DNA of 64,000 nucleotides from positions 18,414,001 through 18,478,000 of the forward strand of contig CATNEN010000001.1 in assembly GCA_950097015.1 (NCBI GenBank). The letters are read 5' to 3'. Source of the DNA: Macrostomum hystrix. Taxonomy: Eukaryota > Animalia > Platyhelminthes. A model generated the notes under the pieces. The model made no database searches. It was not told where the DNA came from and saw only the letters and a program-made list of their open reading frames with translations. This document shows positions 16,401-28,400 of this stretch, piece by piece (position 1 is the first letter of the stretch; the number at the start of each line of letters is the position of its first letter). The translations under genes were made by a program, and so were the position numbers.

Positions 16401-19400
16401 ACCACACCGACAACGACTACCGTTACGACTGCTATTTCCTCTACATCCTTTACGACATCGCCGCCTATATCGACTGTGACTGCAACCTGCATTATGATGT
16501 CTCCCAGTAAGTTTTTTGATTTAGAAGTAGTGTGGAAGTAGTTATTTGTGTAGATAACTAACAATTGTAAAGTATAATAATTGTTTTATGGCTTGTAACT
16601 CCTTCCGTTTTTTTCAGCGTCTCCGCCTCCGTGTCTCTCTCGTGGTGACTGTGAGTGTTTATTTTCTCTTAGTGAGGTTTTTAGTCAGATCGGCATCTAC
16701 CCTTCGAGTGTATGGGTTGAACTGGACAGCTCTAGTGGGCTTACTTTGCCGAGTGAACGGATTAACGAAGGTGATCTCCTGGAGTCCGGCGTTGTGGCAT
16801 CGTTTTCTTGTGGTCATTGCGGCTGTGAGAACGGCGCTCTTCGTTGTACTAAAACGAATTGCTCGCAGAACTGCCAATGGAGTCAATGGCTTCCCTGGAG
16901 CTCATGTTCAGCTACCTGTGGCACTGGCGTTCGCTTCCGAAATCGTACGGTCGCTTCCCCTGCTGGGCCTGGCGGTGCGCCCTGTAGTTCAAACGAGTTC
17001 GAGGTACGTTTGTTTGGCTATTTAAGAATTTTAGATTGAGTACTTCAGTCCCATTCGCGGGTCAGTAATTAATAAATTACTCGCCTTTTAGGATGTTGAG
17101 CTGTGCAACACACAGAGTTGTCCATGCACTTGGACACAGTGGTCAGCCTGGTCTGAATGCTCGCAGTCATGCAGTGGTGGCATTAAAACTCGCTCGCGGC
17201 AGTCGTCAGGACCCTGTCTGCAGGACGATGCTTCAACTTCCAGCGCACTTTGCAACGTTCATGCGTGCGGTGTTACCACAACGTCTGGAGTTTGCTCAGG
17301 TGGAAAAGTTCTGCGGCCATGCAGCAGTATGTCCTGTCCTTACACCTGTGGACACGTGACGAATGAGACTTGCTCTGACGCAACCGCTTGCTCAACAGGC
17401 TGCTTTTGCGAATCTGGATTTGTTTTCGACGAATCAACTAGCGCCTGTGTGAGACCCGAGCAGTGCACATGCGACCTTACCACGATCCGCTGCGGCTCCT
17501 GCTCGCAGGCCCGTTGCATAAACGGCATAGCCAGCTGTGTTCCAACCGCCAACTGCGACTGCTCCTGGGGACCCTGGTCTGATTGGGGTCCTTGCACCCG
17601 ACCGTGCGACGGTGGCAGCCGGACAAGGATGCGCTCTATGGCCACGCAACGTCGAGGCGCCGGAAGGCCGTGTGTAGGCTCAGCCCAGGAGTCAGAGCCG
17701 TGCAATGCTGCACGATGTCCTGGCTGCACTGACCGGTTCGGTAACCTCATCCCGCCAGGCGAGACGATGCCCTCTGACAGCGGTTGCGAGGTTTGTTTCT
17801 GTAGCTTTAACACTCACCAGCGCGTGTGCCTGCCCAGCCCGGACAGCGGACCGCCGCCCAGCTGGTCCAAGTGGTCCGACTACTCTGGCTGCAGTGCGCC
17901 GTGCGGCACCGGCACGCGACGCCGCAGTCGAGCCTGCATGCGTCTTTGCGCTAATGATACTAGAGCCTGCGCTCCTGACGCTAACGGTCGCATGGACTCC
18001 GATCAACAGCCGTGCAACCAGCAGGATTGCAAGCCGCCTGTCGACTGTCAGGTGAATATTGAAATCATCTTAACAAAAACTTTTTGTTTGTTTGAACAGT
18101 CAACCTTTGCAGCAGCAAGAATTCGGGGATGAGGGCCTGTTCTTGTGCTCTTTCTTCTCTTTATCTAACCTTAAACAAATAGGCATTACCTATACCTATA
18201 TAGGCATTGAATAAAAGGATCTACCAGTTGCTTAACAAACTTAGTAAAATCTAATACGGCTGTTCTATGGTTCATTAGAGCATATGGTCATGAATTGAAC
18301 AAAAATCCTGGTTGCAGGTGAGCGACTGGACCAATGGCACCTGCTATGCCCAGTGCGACGGCGTCAACCCAACGGCATCTGGTCAGCAGCTGCGCCTACG
18401 AACAATCACGCAGCACTCGGCCAACGGCGGCCGGCCCTGCCCGAGCACCTACGAGGTCGCCACTTGTTCCAGGGAGTGCCCCGTGGACTGCCTTGTCGGC
18501 CAGTGGTCCGAGTGGAGCGAAACTGTCAAGCCCTGCGTCGGCACCGTCTACAACCCGAGCTGCGGTGTCGGCGAGCGCGTTCGCACCCGCCCGGTGCTTC
18601 GACCGGCGTCCAACGGCGGCCAGACTTGTCGAGATCGCGAGTACCGACCCTCGCTGATGCCCTGCAATGAGACATCGTGTAGTGGCCCAGAGACGGTGAT
18701 CGAGTGCGCTACAAGATGCTGGCGGACCTGTGCAGATGTTCGTGCTAATAAACAATGCCAGGATGCTGGCTGTGTTCAGGTGAGATTTTAAAATGTCGAG
18801 ATGGGTTCAGGCTTCTTTATTGCATTGCGAAATCTAGAGTATATTTTTCAAAAATTCACAAATTTGAAATAATAATTCTTAGGGCTGCGGCTGCTCCGGA
18901 GATCGAGTTCGCGAAGGCGACTCATGCGTTAGTATTGACCAATGCAACTGTGCTCACCCAGATGATGCGAATCGACTGATGGCTCCGGGCTCCACTGTGA
19001 CCAAGGGCTGCAACAGCTGTACCTGCACCAATGGCCAGTTTGCCTGCGAGACCAAGAGCTGCGCCCAGGACTGCGAATGGACGGCATGGAAGAAGGTTGG
19101 CGGCTGCAATGTCACCTGCGGCACCGGAAAGCAGATCTGGACTCGGTGAGTGACTGGAACCTCTGAAACATCAGACTGTTGCTTTCGTCCGTCTGTGCTT
19201 AAGTGCTCACCCACAAGCACTCCTACACTGCTCACAGTGATATTTGCTCCTAGCAAAGCCCAGTCCATTTCACCTAGCCCAGTTGGCCAGACGGCCAGTT
19301 ACGCAGCATCAGCAATTGGCGCGGCACTTCAATCGTTGTGGACAGCCTGCTCAGTCCAAGGACTGGAAAGGCCACCACAGGCACCCGAATCTCTATCCTA

Positions 19401-20740
19401 GCCGATGCTAGAACCCATTCTAGCACTAGGAATTGCAGAAAGGCTGTTCCAACTCCCAAACTATCGGTCACAAGTCCGACTCTCTAACGAATGGGCTACA
19501 GCTCCCATGATTGAATATGTGCTAATTCTCATAGTGCTCATAGTACTAATACGCTCGTATATGTCATAATGCGGACTGTTGCGCGTTTCGTCAGATCTGT
19601 CGCCCGGCCAGCCAGCGGCAGCGGCGCGGACTGCACAGGCCCGGCACAAAAGTACACCGACTGCTTCGGCGATGAGGGCGCCTGCTGCCAGCCAAACGAC
19701 GCTTACGTGGATTCTGGCCGCTGCGAGACCACCTGCCAGCAGCTGCTGAGCCCGAGTGTCCAGCAGCCGGCAGCCAGCTGTCAGCCAGGCTGCCAGTGCA
19801 AGGCGGGAATGGTTCGAGACACCGCCTCAGGTGCCTGCATCCGCTTGCAGGACTGCTTCGCCTGTCGGGGCCCGAATGGCGCTGTTTATCCCAACGGCTA
19901 CACTGTTGTGGACCGAGCTGCGAACTGCAGCAAGCGCTATTGCCTACAAGGCACGCTGGTGACTAGACCTCTAACGGCCGATGAAGTTCCGCCCTGCACT
20001 CAAGCCGATGAGCTTTTGGCAGCCGGCAGCTCCGGAGAGACGGTGACTCGGGTGCTGGACTCTGCCGGCGGCTGCTGCTACCGGGCCTTCGTCGGGGTGT
20101 GCCGCCGAGCGAGGACTCTGCTACGCGAAGCCCACCGGCCAGGCCAGCGGCCATGCAAATTCACGAAGCCCATCAGCATCGATCGGTGTGCTGGCGCCTG
20201 TCCTTCCAGTCACCATGTGCACGTTTCCGACAATGTGAGCCATTGATTCGCTTTGGTTCAAGAATATTATAATTAACTGTATAATGAACAGTACTAGCCG
20301 ACATGGTCAAGTTATACAATTCTGAAAGCAGAAAAGTTAAGCCTACATTGTAGATTTTGCCGCAAACACCCTGACGAGAATCCTTGAATACCTTGACGAT
20401 GCCAATGTTTTGTGACTCTGGAAGTTGTTTAATCGGATAGAGAATTCTAGCCCGTGTTCTGGATTTTCATGGCGATTGGTTGAATATTTCGAAAAATTGT
20501 TGGGATTTGAAATACCCTGTGGTATTTCTACTGTTAATAAATCCATACAAAACTCGTGAAACCCATTTTCAGGGCGAAGTGAAAGTTGTCGGCGACTGCC
20601 AGTGCTGCAAGCCGACCGCTTACACAGCCAAGCCGGCGGTTTCTGTGCCCTGCACCGATGGCAGCAGCATGCTGCTGACTGTCTATGGTATTGAGAACTG
20701 CCGCTGCGTCCGGGTTGGATCCGACAAGCCGCCGCTTTAA
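3..20740 (+). CDS. Giant secreted mucin-like / SCO-spondin-like glycoprotein, 5'-truncated (at least 6460 aa visible): PTS repeats with tandem A/B domains, then RGD, ~7 TSP1, 3 TIL, several vWC-like modules and a C-terminal cystine knot
   Basis: The frame is open from position 3, so the track start at 438 is not the real start. Proposed exons: <3-16506, 16618-17003, 17092-18051, 18318-18779, 18883-19145, 19595-20234, 20573-20740. All are GT-AG with matching phases and sum to 19383 nt. TSP1 motifs include WSQWLPWSSCSATCG, WTQWSAWSECSQSC, WGPWSDWGPCTRPC and WSKWSDYSGCSAPCG. TIL motifs include CPYTC...CSTGCFCESG and CETTC...CQPGCQCKAG. The terminus reads RCAGAC...DCQCCKP...VPC...NCRC, a CTCK pattern. 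Confidence 0.9.
20385..20480. repeat. Dispersed ~100-bp repeat fragment, copy 1 (last mucin intron)
   Basis: GACGATGCCAATGTTTTGTGA(C/T)TCTGGAAGTTGTTT(A/C)ATCGGATAGAG...GTGTTCTG(G/C)ATTTTCATGGCGAT recurs in the same orientation at about 60255-60352. Confidence 0.75.
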
Positions 20741-22429
20741 ATCAATCGGCTCACTGAAGACAAACGTTAATGAAACATTTATGATAAAACAGCTGCACTG
20801 ACTCTCAGACTCTCAGATTTGAATTGGGTGGTGGAATTATATTCATTGTGCTATTCAACTTTTTAAGATTGGCCGGCATGGACGGTAAAAATGTAATCGT
20901 CCGATTCTTCGAAACAAATTAAACAGAGGGTTAACTAGAATTTAAACAATATATTAAAGTTTTGTTTCAAAATACTTGCAATTTATTTAAGCAATTTGTT
21001 AAAATATATGATATACTTTTAGTCATTAAGAACAATCGGATTTAAAGTAAAAAGATTACGAAAAACTATAAGATAAAGGCTATAATTGAACGAATTCAAT
21101 TATTATCACTCAAATAGTTAAATAATGATAGCAACATTAAGATTTGTAATTTAAATTCGAAGCTATAAGACACGGCTGTTATTATATTGATACAGTTAAT
21201 AGTAACTAATCTGTGTTAACATTACAGAAACGATAGTTATGATGCCCATTAATTTAAAATAATATCGTATTCCATAAATCAATTTTGTCAATAATTTGCC
21301 GCCTCTGGCACGAGACAAATCTGAGCACTGTAAGATTGAGCACAAAAGCCAACGGGCTAGAACATTAATTGATTGTTTGAATTGACTTTCATGAACGTAT
21401 TTTTGGTCTATTTTTCGATTGTTAATTATAGAAGTTCTTTTAGTTAAGATCTGATTTATTGTGCACTACATGGAAAACAAATAAACTACGGTATTGCATA
21501 AATATTTATTTTTGACTCTGGCATTCTCAAATGTGTGATTTTTATTAGTTCTTTCTTTCCTATGAGTTTATGTTTGATGGATTAGTCGGGATCAGGAAAT
21601 AGAAATTAAGGGCTAGGATAATCCTTACTTCATGTTTAATATTATAGGATTAACTTGATATTAACGTTTATTCTCGACATCAAACAATGCGGATTAGTAT
21701 TTTGTTAGTTCGCTAACTAAATAAAGATTTCGTTTTTTGCACAGATCTTGAATGTATTTAAATGTTGAATTCACAGATAGAGTATATTGCATAATATTAC
21801 AAAAACTACTGCTGACATTGACTTATGACTGTAAAAATAAGTCATAAGGATTGCTTGTTCTTAGGAATCATATGTATTAATAAATATCAAGAAAGGCAAC
21901 AAAAGCCTGCAAAATGATTATTGTAGCAAATTAAAAGAAAATAAAAACTGAGGCAAAAAATGAATAAACATTACAACCCATGCGATTATAAACGGCAGAA
22001 TGCTCTGCTATTGTAAAATAAAAATACAGAATTATCACTTCACTAATGGTCTCCATTACGAGACAACAATCTTTATAACACACTACCACGTAATACAAAA
22101 AAGTAAAAATTGTAACAATTTGACAAATGACAAAAAGCGATAGTGAATGGCGAGTTTATCAGATAGACAACAGGAAAAAATATGAGGTGTTCAAGTGAGG
22201 ACACTTCGAAGTGTCGAAGCGTCGAAGTGTAGCTGAGCGGAATCGATTCAGATTTTCGCACCAAATAGTCATGAGTTCGAATCCCGAGAAAATTAAGACC
22301 CTTATTGTGTAATTTACGCGGACACCTAGCTTGGAGTGTCGACGAAAAGCGAAATATATTTCCCACCGAAAATAATCTACAGTGAATTTGACGGTCTTCA
22401 CAATGTCAAATTTGTCACTCCTTTCCGCA

Positions 22430-25400
22430 TCAGGTACGCCTGACGTACTCAACACGACGCGGTATGAACAGCAGCAGGAAGCTGATGAGCAGGATTACGT
22501 AGAGCAAGAAGAAGAGCCGGTCAAGCACTTGGGCCAGGGTCCGCCACTCCACAGCCAGCAAGCCCTTCGCGTCGGCGTCCTTCTTTCGTCCCAGAAACAA
22601 TCGTATCGCTCTACTGATCTCTCTGAGGTCGTTTTCCACATCCGGAGGACACGTTAGCAATAGAGTATGCTGCTGCTGCTGACTGCGATTGTTGTAGAAG
22701 GCGGCCACTGCTCGCCTCGGAACTACGTTACTGTGTGACTGAGCCTGATGAAACTGCTGGTACTGACGGTTGTCTAGAATGCGGACGTGCTGCGGCTGCT
22801 GACTGCGGCACTGGCTGCTAGTCGATGATTGGCGCATCAGAACTCGGCGCTCCATCGACAGCGGAACACTCAACTGGATCAGGAACAAACGGCCGAGGCC
22901 TTCGATCATAACCTGCAGATTTCGTTTAGGCAATAAAATAAATAATAATAGTAATAGGTGCAGGAGGGGTGCAAGCTCTGGCACATCATCTGGTGACACT
23001 TGACCTGAAGCCATCAAGGAGGAAATTCTACCCATTTCGCTGACTCCTGAGCACACGCACACGTACAGAGCACACATAAAGCACGAGCAGGCACACGCTC
23101 ACACAGGTGTGTACATCTTGCCCTGACTTCCTCATCGTCAGGCAGTGTACACTTCTTCTGTGCCAAGGAGGTTGGCCCTTAAGTGCTTAAATTGCACGAC
23201 AAGCCCCCAAGCCGTCCCTCCGCGGCTGCGCCCCAGTTTAATGTGGCCTCGCCGTGGAATCGAGCTCAGGGACCTCGGTGCGAGAGGCAGGGCTATGCCA
23301 CTCTCCCCCATTTATTGAGGCGATTCTCAAATTTAACAGTAATACCTACGAAGGGGGATTTCCTTTGGTAGTTCTAATTGCGTTTCTGCATTCGTGTGCA
23401 GTGCAGCACAATTTTTTGCAAGCTCACGAAACTCAAGAACGAGAACAAGAACGTTTTTGTTGCGTATCTTCTGAAACAAGTCGCCAACTAAACTCTTCAG
23501 ACCATCTAGAGATTCAATGTTTCTGGCCGAAGATCAGGTTTTCCCATAAGCGCTAGTGTATTTCATACACCTTATGCACAAATTAGCACTGCGCGTCTGC
23601 GCCTCAGTGCGGCCTTGCCAGGCCTTCAAAATTTATCAGCATGTCACCCGAATGTGCCTGGATCATCTCCGACTTATAAAGCCTAAATACGTTCGTATTT
23701 ATCAAACACAGGACACCATCGCCAAGTCTGTCAACCAACCAGTCACCACCCAACGCTGTTAGCATTCTGGTGCTGCGAAAAAAATGCAGGGGTGGGGCCA
23801 TTGGTATAAATGTGGGCGGCAAAATTGCTTGGTAGTCCTACCGTGCTTGCGTCTGCAAATTCAGTATCGTAGCCTAAGATGAAGCACGAGTAACTCGTCA
23901 ATTAGGATCGTATATTTCAAGCGATGCTAATGCCGTGCCACAAGGGACGACTTAATATAATACATCATATTTCTACGTCAAGTATTTAGTAATCCCTGTA
24001 ATGCCACTTTTACAAGCGTATTTTTACATTTTAGATGTTCAAAGGGTAATTATGTAATATGTAAGATGTTATTATGTTGGTGTTATTATGTTTTCAAAAC
24101 GGCCCTTTTAAGGATCTCATTTAGTCCTTTGAAACTTCTTCTTGCATCGCCTTCTTTATTTGGGAAACTTAAAAAATAGTATATGAAAACTTGAGCTTTG
24201 CGAATTGATTGGAAATCTTAAAGCACATTGCACATTTTTGTTAGTGGTCATAACCACAAACAACTTTTGTAGCCAATACGAATCCGAATAAGCTCTTTAA
24301 TTTTGCAGTGAAGTATTTAATGATAGAAACCGACGATTCGACGAATACTCTCGTATATATAAAATCTTCGTAAAAATTCCATTCCATTTTTTTATATGTC
24401 GCTCATTTTTAAGCCGTTAAATTCAATCTTAAAAAAACGGCCCTTTTAAGGGTATATTATATTTATATAAGAATTACTAAGTTTTTTAGAAATAACTAAG
24501 CAACCCAATACAGATGTATAGCGTAAAAACTTAAGCCTTTTATCTTAAGCACAAGATTTAAAAAATAGAGCATTTTGTTCTTTATGCTTTGGAGAAAGCG
24601 AAATCCCCCTAAAACTTAACAGAAAGTTATTCTAAATATAAAGTCATTTACTCGTATCCACGTGAACGTGGACGAAGTATTTTAAGTTGATTTTTTAAAC
24701 CAGTGCCATTTCTCGAGACCTATATTTTTAAACTCATTATCAAACAAACAATGAATGTTTTTATTCTTTCCTTTAAACCTGTGAATAATTAAAAAAGCAC
24801 AAGATATCCATCCTACACTACTAATAGTAGGCATAATAGAACTCAGCATTCTGAATGCGATATTGTCGAAAAAGTTGTTTCAATTTTAATGGGTCAAATT
24901 TTTGCTCACCCGTCTAAGCAGAGGCGGCACCGGACCGCTTTTGTCGCCGTGAAAGTGCAGATTGACAATTACTGCGGCCACGAAGGTTGAGAAGGTGATG
25001 AGGCCCATGTTCATGCAGTAGTAGCAGCCTTCAAGAAATTTGTGGGTTTTTCCGTGTTTTAATTTAAAGTTTCTGATGGCTTGCCTTAAAGAAACTCTTA
25101 GAATGTGTTCCTGAAACATCGCAGGTCTTTCCTCTCAGGGAGATTTTATGGGTGTCAGCAGGGAGATAGTGAGGGTGTCAGCAGGGAGATAGTGAGGGTG
25201 TCAGAAGAGATTTTGAGGCTTCAGGAGGTCTGAAGGAAATGTTGTGGGTGTCAGGAGGAAATGGTGTCGGTGTCAGGAGGAAATCGTGTCGGTGTCAGGA
25301 GGAAATGGTGTGGGTGTCAGGAGGAAATGGTGTCGGTGTCAGGAGGATATGGTGTGGCTGTCAGGAGGAAATGGTGTGGGTGTCTGGGGGGAGTTGGTGT

Positions 25401-28400
25401 GGGTTGTCATTTAGTCACGGACTTGGTCAGTTTATCAGGCTACGGGAACAGTTTTACATGTTTGAGAAGCCAATGAAGCCATTTGATGAAGAAAGACAAA
25501 AGTGCAAATTAGTTTCAAACACGACTGCCAAAGCTAAACCACTGCAGGGTACGCAGTCTATAGTCTATCAGTGCCCACCAGAAGCATATGCCAAGTCCTG
25601 AGTCTATAGGCTAGAGAAAGTGGGATCTTGAAAACGGGTGGGTTTGAGTTGAGCACAAGTACTCAAGCAGAAGAAATCCAATAGCTACAACTAGAGGCCC
25701 TGAAGATACTCCCGGGCCAGCTCTTAAGAGTTCGTTTGCTCGCCATCTTCCTATCTGTCTGCTCCTCTTCCTCTCCTTGGCCAGCCCAGGCTTATCCAGG
25801 GAAGTCCCGCGCCACTTGATGAGGCTGAAGATGGGAGTCTGCGCAAGCCAGGCGAATGGTGAAGCGAATTTATCGATCAAATGGTCTGGCAGGCTCTCTC
25901 TCACCCTCACACTGCTGTTCCCCAACTCAGGCTAATGAGCAGATCTTTTTGTAGTAACGCTGGCTAATGTCACTGCTGGGAGAGCAACTCGGCCTAAATG
26001 AGGAACTTATTGGGAAGTGCAGTTACTGATGGGATAATCTGGAACTGGTGGGATAATCTGGAACTGATGGGATAAAATCAGAAAACTGATGGGATAATCT
26101 GGAACTGGTGGGATAATCTGGAACTGGTGGGATAATCTGGAACTGATGGGATGAAACCTGAAAACTGATGGGATAATCTGGACCTGGTGGGATAGTCTGG
26201 AACTGGTGGGATAATCTGGAACTGATGGGATGAAACCTGAAAACTGATGGGATAATCTGGAACTGGTGGGATAATCTGGAACTGATTGGATAATCTGGAA
26301 CTGATTGGATAATCTGGAACTGATGGGATAATCTGGAACTGATTGGATAATCTGGAACTGATGGGATAATCTGGAACTGATTGGATAATCTGGAACTAAT
26401 TGGATAATCTGGAACTGATGGGATAATCTGGAACTGGTGGGATAATCTGGAACTGATTGGATAATCTGGAACTGATTGGATAATCTGGAACTAATTGGAT
26501 AATCTGGAACTGATGGGATAATCTGGAACTGGTGGGATAATCTGGAACTGATTGGATAATCTGGAACTAATTGGATAATCTGGAACTGATGGGATAATCT
26601 GGAACTGGTGGGATAATCTGGAACTGATTGGATAATCTGGAACTAATTGGATAATCTGGAACTGATGGGATAATCTGGAACTGGTGGGATAATCTGGAAA
26701 CTGGTGGGATAATCTGGAACTGATGGGATAAAATCTGAAAACTGATGGGATAATCTGGAACTGGTGGGATAATCTGGAACTGATTGGATAATCTGGAACT
26801 GATTGGATAATCTGGAACTGATTGGATAATCTGGAACTGATGGGATAATCTGGAACTGATGGGATAATCTGGAACTGATTGGATAATCTGGAACTGATTG
26901 GATAATCTGGAACTGATGGGATAATCTGGAACTGATGGGATAATCTGGAACTGATTGGATAATCTGGAACTGATTGGATAATCTGGAACTGATGGGATAA
27001 TCTGGAACTGATGGGATAATCTGGAACTGATTGGATAATCTGGAACTGATGGGATAATCTGGAACTGATTGGATAATCTGGAACTAATTGGATAATCTGG
27101 AACTGATGGGATAATCTGGAACTGATGGGATAATCTAGTAAAAAAGGGACAATCTGGAAACTCATAAGATAAACTTTGACTAAGGGGATAATCTTAGACT
27201 GAGGAGCCATGTTAATATAGATAGAATTATCTGGGAATTTTCAGAAACGAACAACTAGAACCCATCAAAGTGTTCATTCAGTGTGAGCAAACTCACCAAT
27301 GAGCGGGAAGGTTTCCACCGCGCTTGGAATCTGCTCAGCTAGCAGCAGCAGCAGAATGAAGAATGCCACGAATATATTCATGCCTGAAATGTTTGGCAAA
27401 CGGCTGCTCGTTTTCAGACTGCTAAAATTTGAGCCGAGTTGTATCAATGCGGCTATGCTAATTTATATTCTGATTATATAGAAGATCTTTTGCAGCTAGG
27501 AATGATTAAACAGTAGAATATGGCTTTCGCCGAATCATAGAAGTATCGTATTTAGGAACAAGTGTAAAGTTGAAGCACTTTGTTAAAAATCTACTCTGAG
27601 AGAGTCAAACCAACTAACAGTACGCAAGTATATATTCTATATTCTTCCCGCTTATAAATCAAGTATATTTTTTGCCTTCTGCTACGAGCTACAAAAAATA
27701 TGTTAGCCGACAGCACAGCGGCAGCTATTGCGCGGCGAATCTGAATGCTGCGTACTACAGTGCAGTCCATGGACTGGGGACGTCAAACCCACCTTAAATT
27801 ACCCCAGCTAATGCTGTTACCCGTTTAACAGCTGGGTGAACTGAAGCAAAGCAGAGTTAAGTGTCTCGCTAAAGGACACAAACTGTTCCAGTGAAGTCGA
27901 GAATCGAACCACCGACCTTTAAGTCTTGATTCCGACGCTTTAACCATATTAAGCTACAACCCCCTACTAGGCAAACAACCCCCTACTAGGCCAATAACCC
28001 CCCACTAGTCCAACAACCCCCTACTAGGCTACGACCCCCTACTAGGCTACAACCCCCTACTAGGCTACAACCCCCTACTAGGCTACAACCCCCTACTAGG
28101 CTACAACCCCCTACTAGGCTACAACCCCCTACTAGGCTACAACCACCATATTAAGCTACAACTCCCTGTTAGGCTACGACCCCGTACAAAGCTACAACCC
28201 CCTACTAGGCTACAACCATATTAAGCTACAACCCTACTAGGCTACAACCCCCTACTAGGCTACAACCCCCTACTAGGCTACAACCATATTAAGCTACAAC
28301 CCTACTAGGCTACAACCCCCTACTAGGCTACAACCATATTAAGCTACAACCCTACTAGGCTACAACCCCCTACTAGGCTACAACCCCCTACTAGGCTACA

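Noticed and set aside
16507-16541. Stop at 16541 as the end of the giant protein
   Set aside because: A GTAAGT donor at 16507 splices in phase to 16618, and the protein continues to 20740.
845-16564. Many repeated ORFs in other frames (poly-Val on the minus strand; Asn/Tyr/Asp/His-rich and Gln/Arg/Leu-rich on the plus strand)
   Set aside because: They are shadows of the ACN-codon-rich mucin frame and have no independent domain content.
16651-16745. Apparent GTGAGT donor at 16651
   Set aside because: The frame stays open through it (DCECLFSLSEV...) and I found no in-phase acceptor at a plausible distance.
1-20740. Naming the giant gene as flatworm adhesive protein ap2 or as MUC2/MUC5
   Set aside because: The tail architecture is related, but the Thr-rich core with A/B domains does not match what I recall of either, and the N-terminus is outside the window. 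No symbol assigned.
23108-23152. Hammerhead ribozyme (CTGACGA on the minus strand of the SINE hairpin)
   Set aside because: There is no stem II followed by GAAA and no three-way junction; it folds as a simple hairpin.
25600-25980. GC-richer intronic segment as an extra exon or retroelement remnant
   Set aside because: It has no recognisable protein motif, and the receptor model is complete without it.
27885-27958. tRNA gene (also considered at 61880-61950)
   Set aside because: A and B boxes are present, but I could not form a convincing acceptor stem and there is no T-run terminator. Both continue into SINE bodies.
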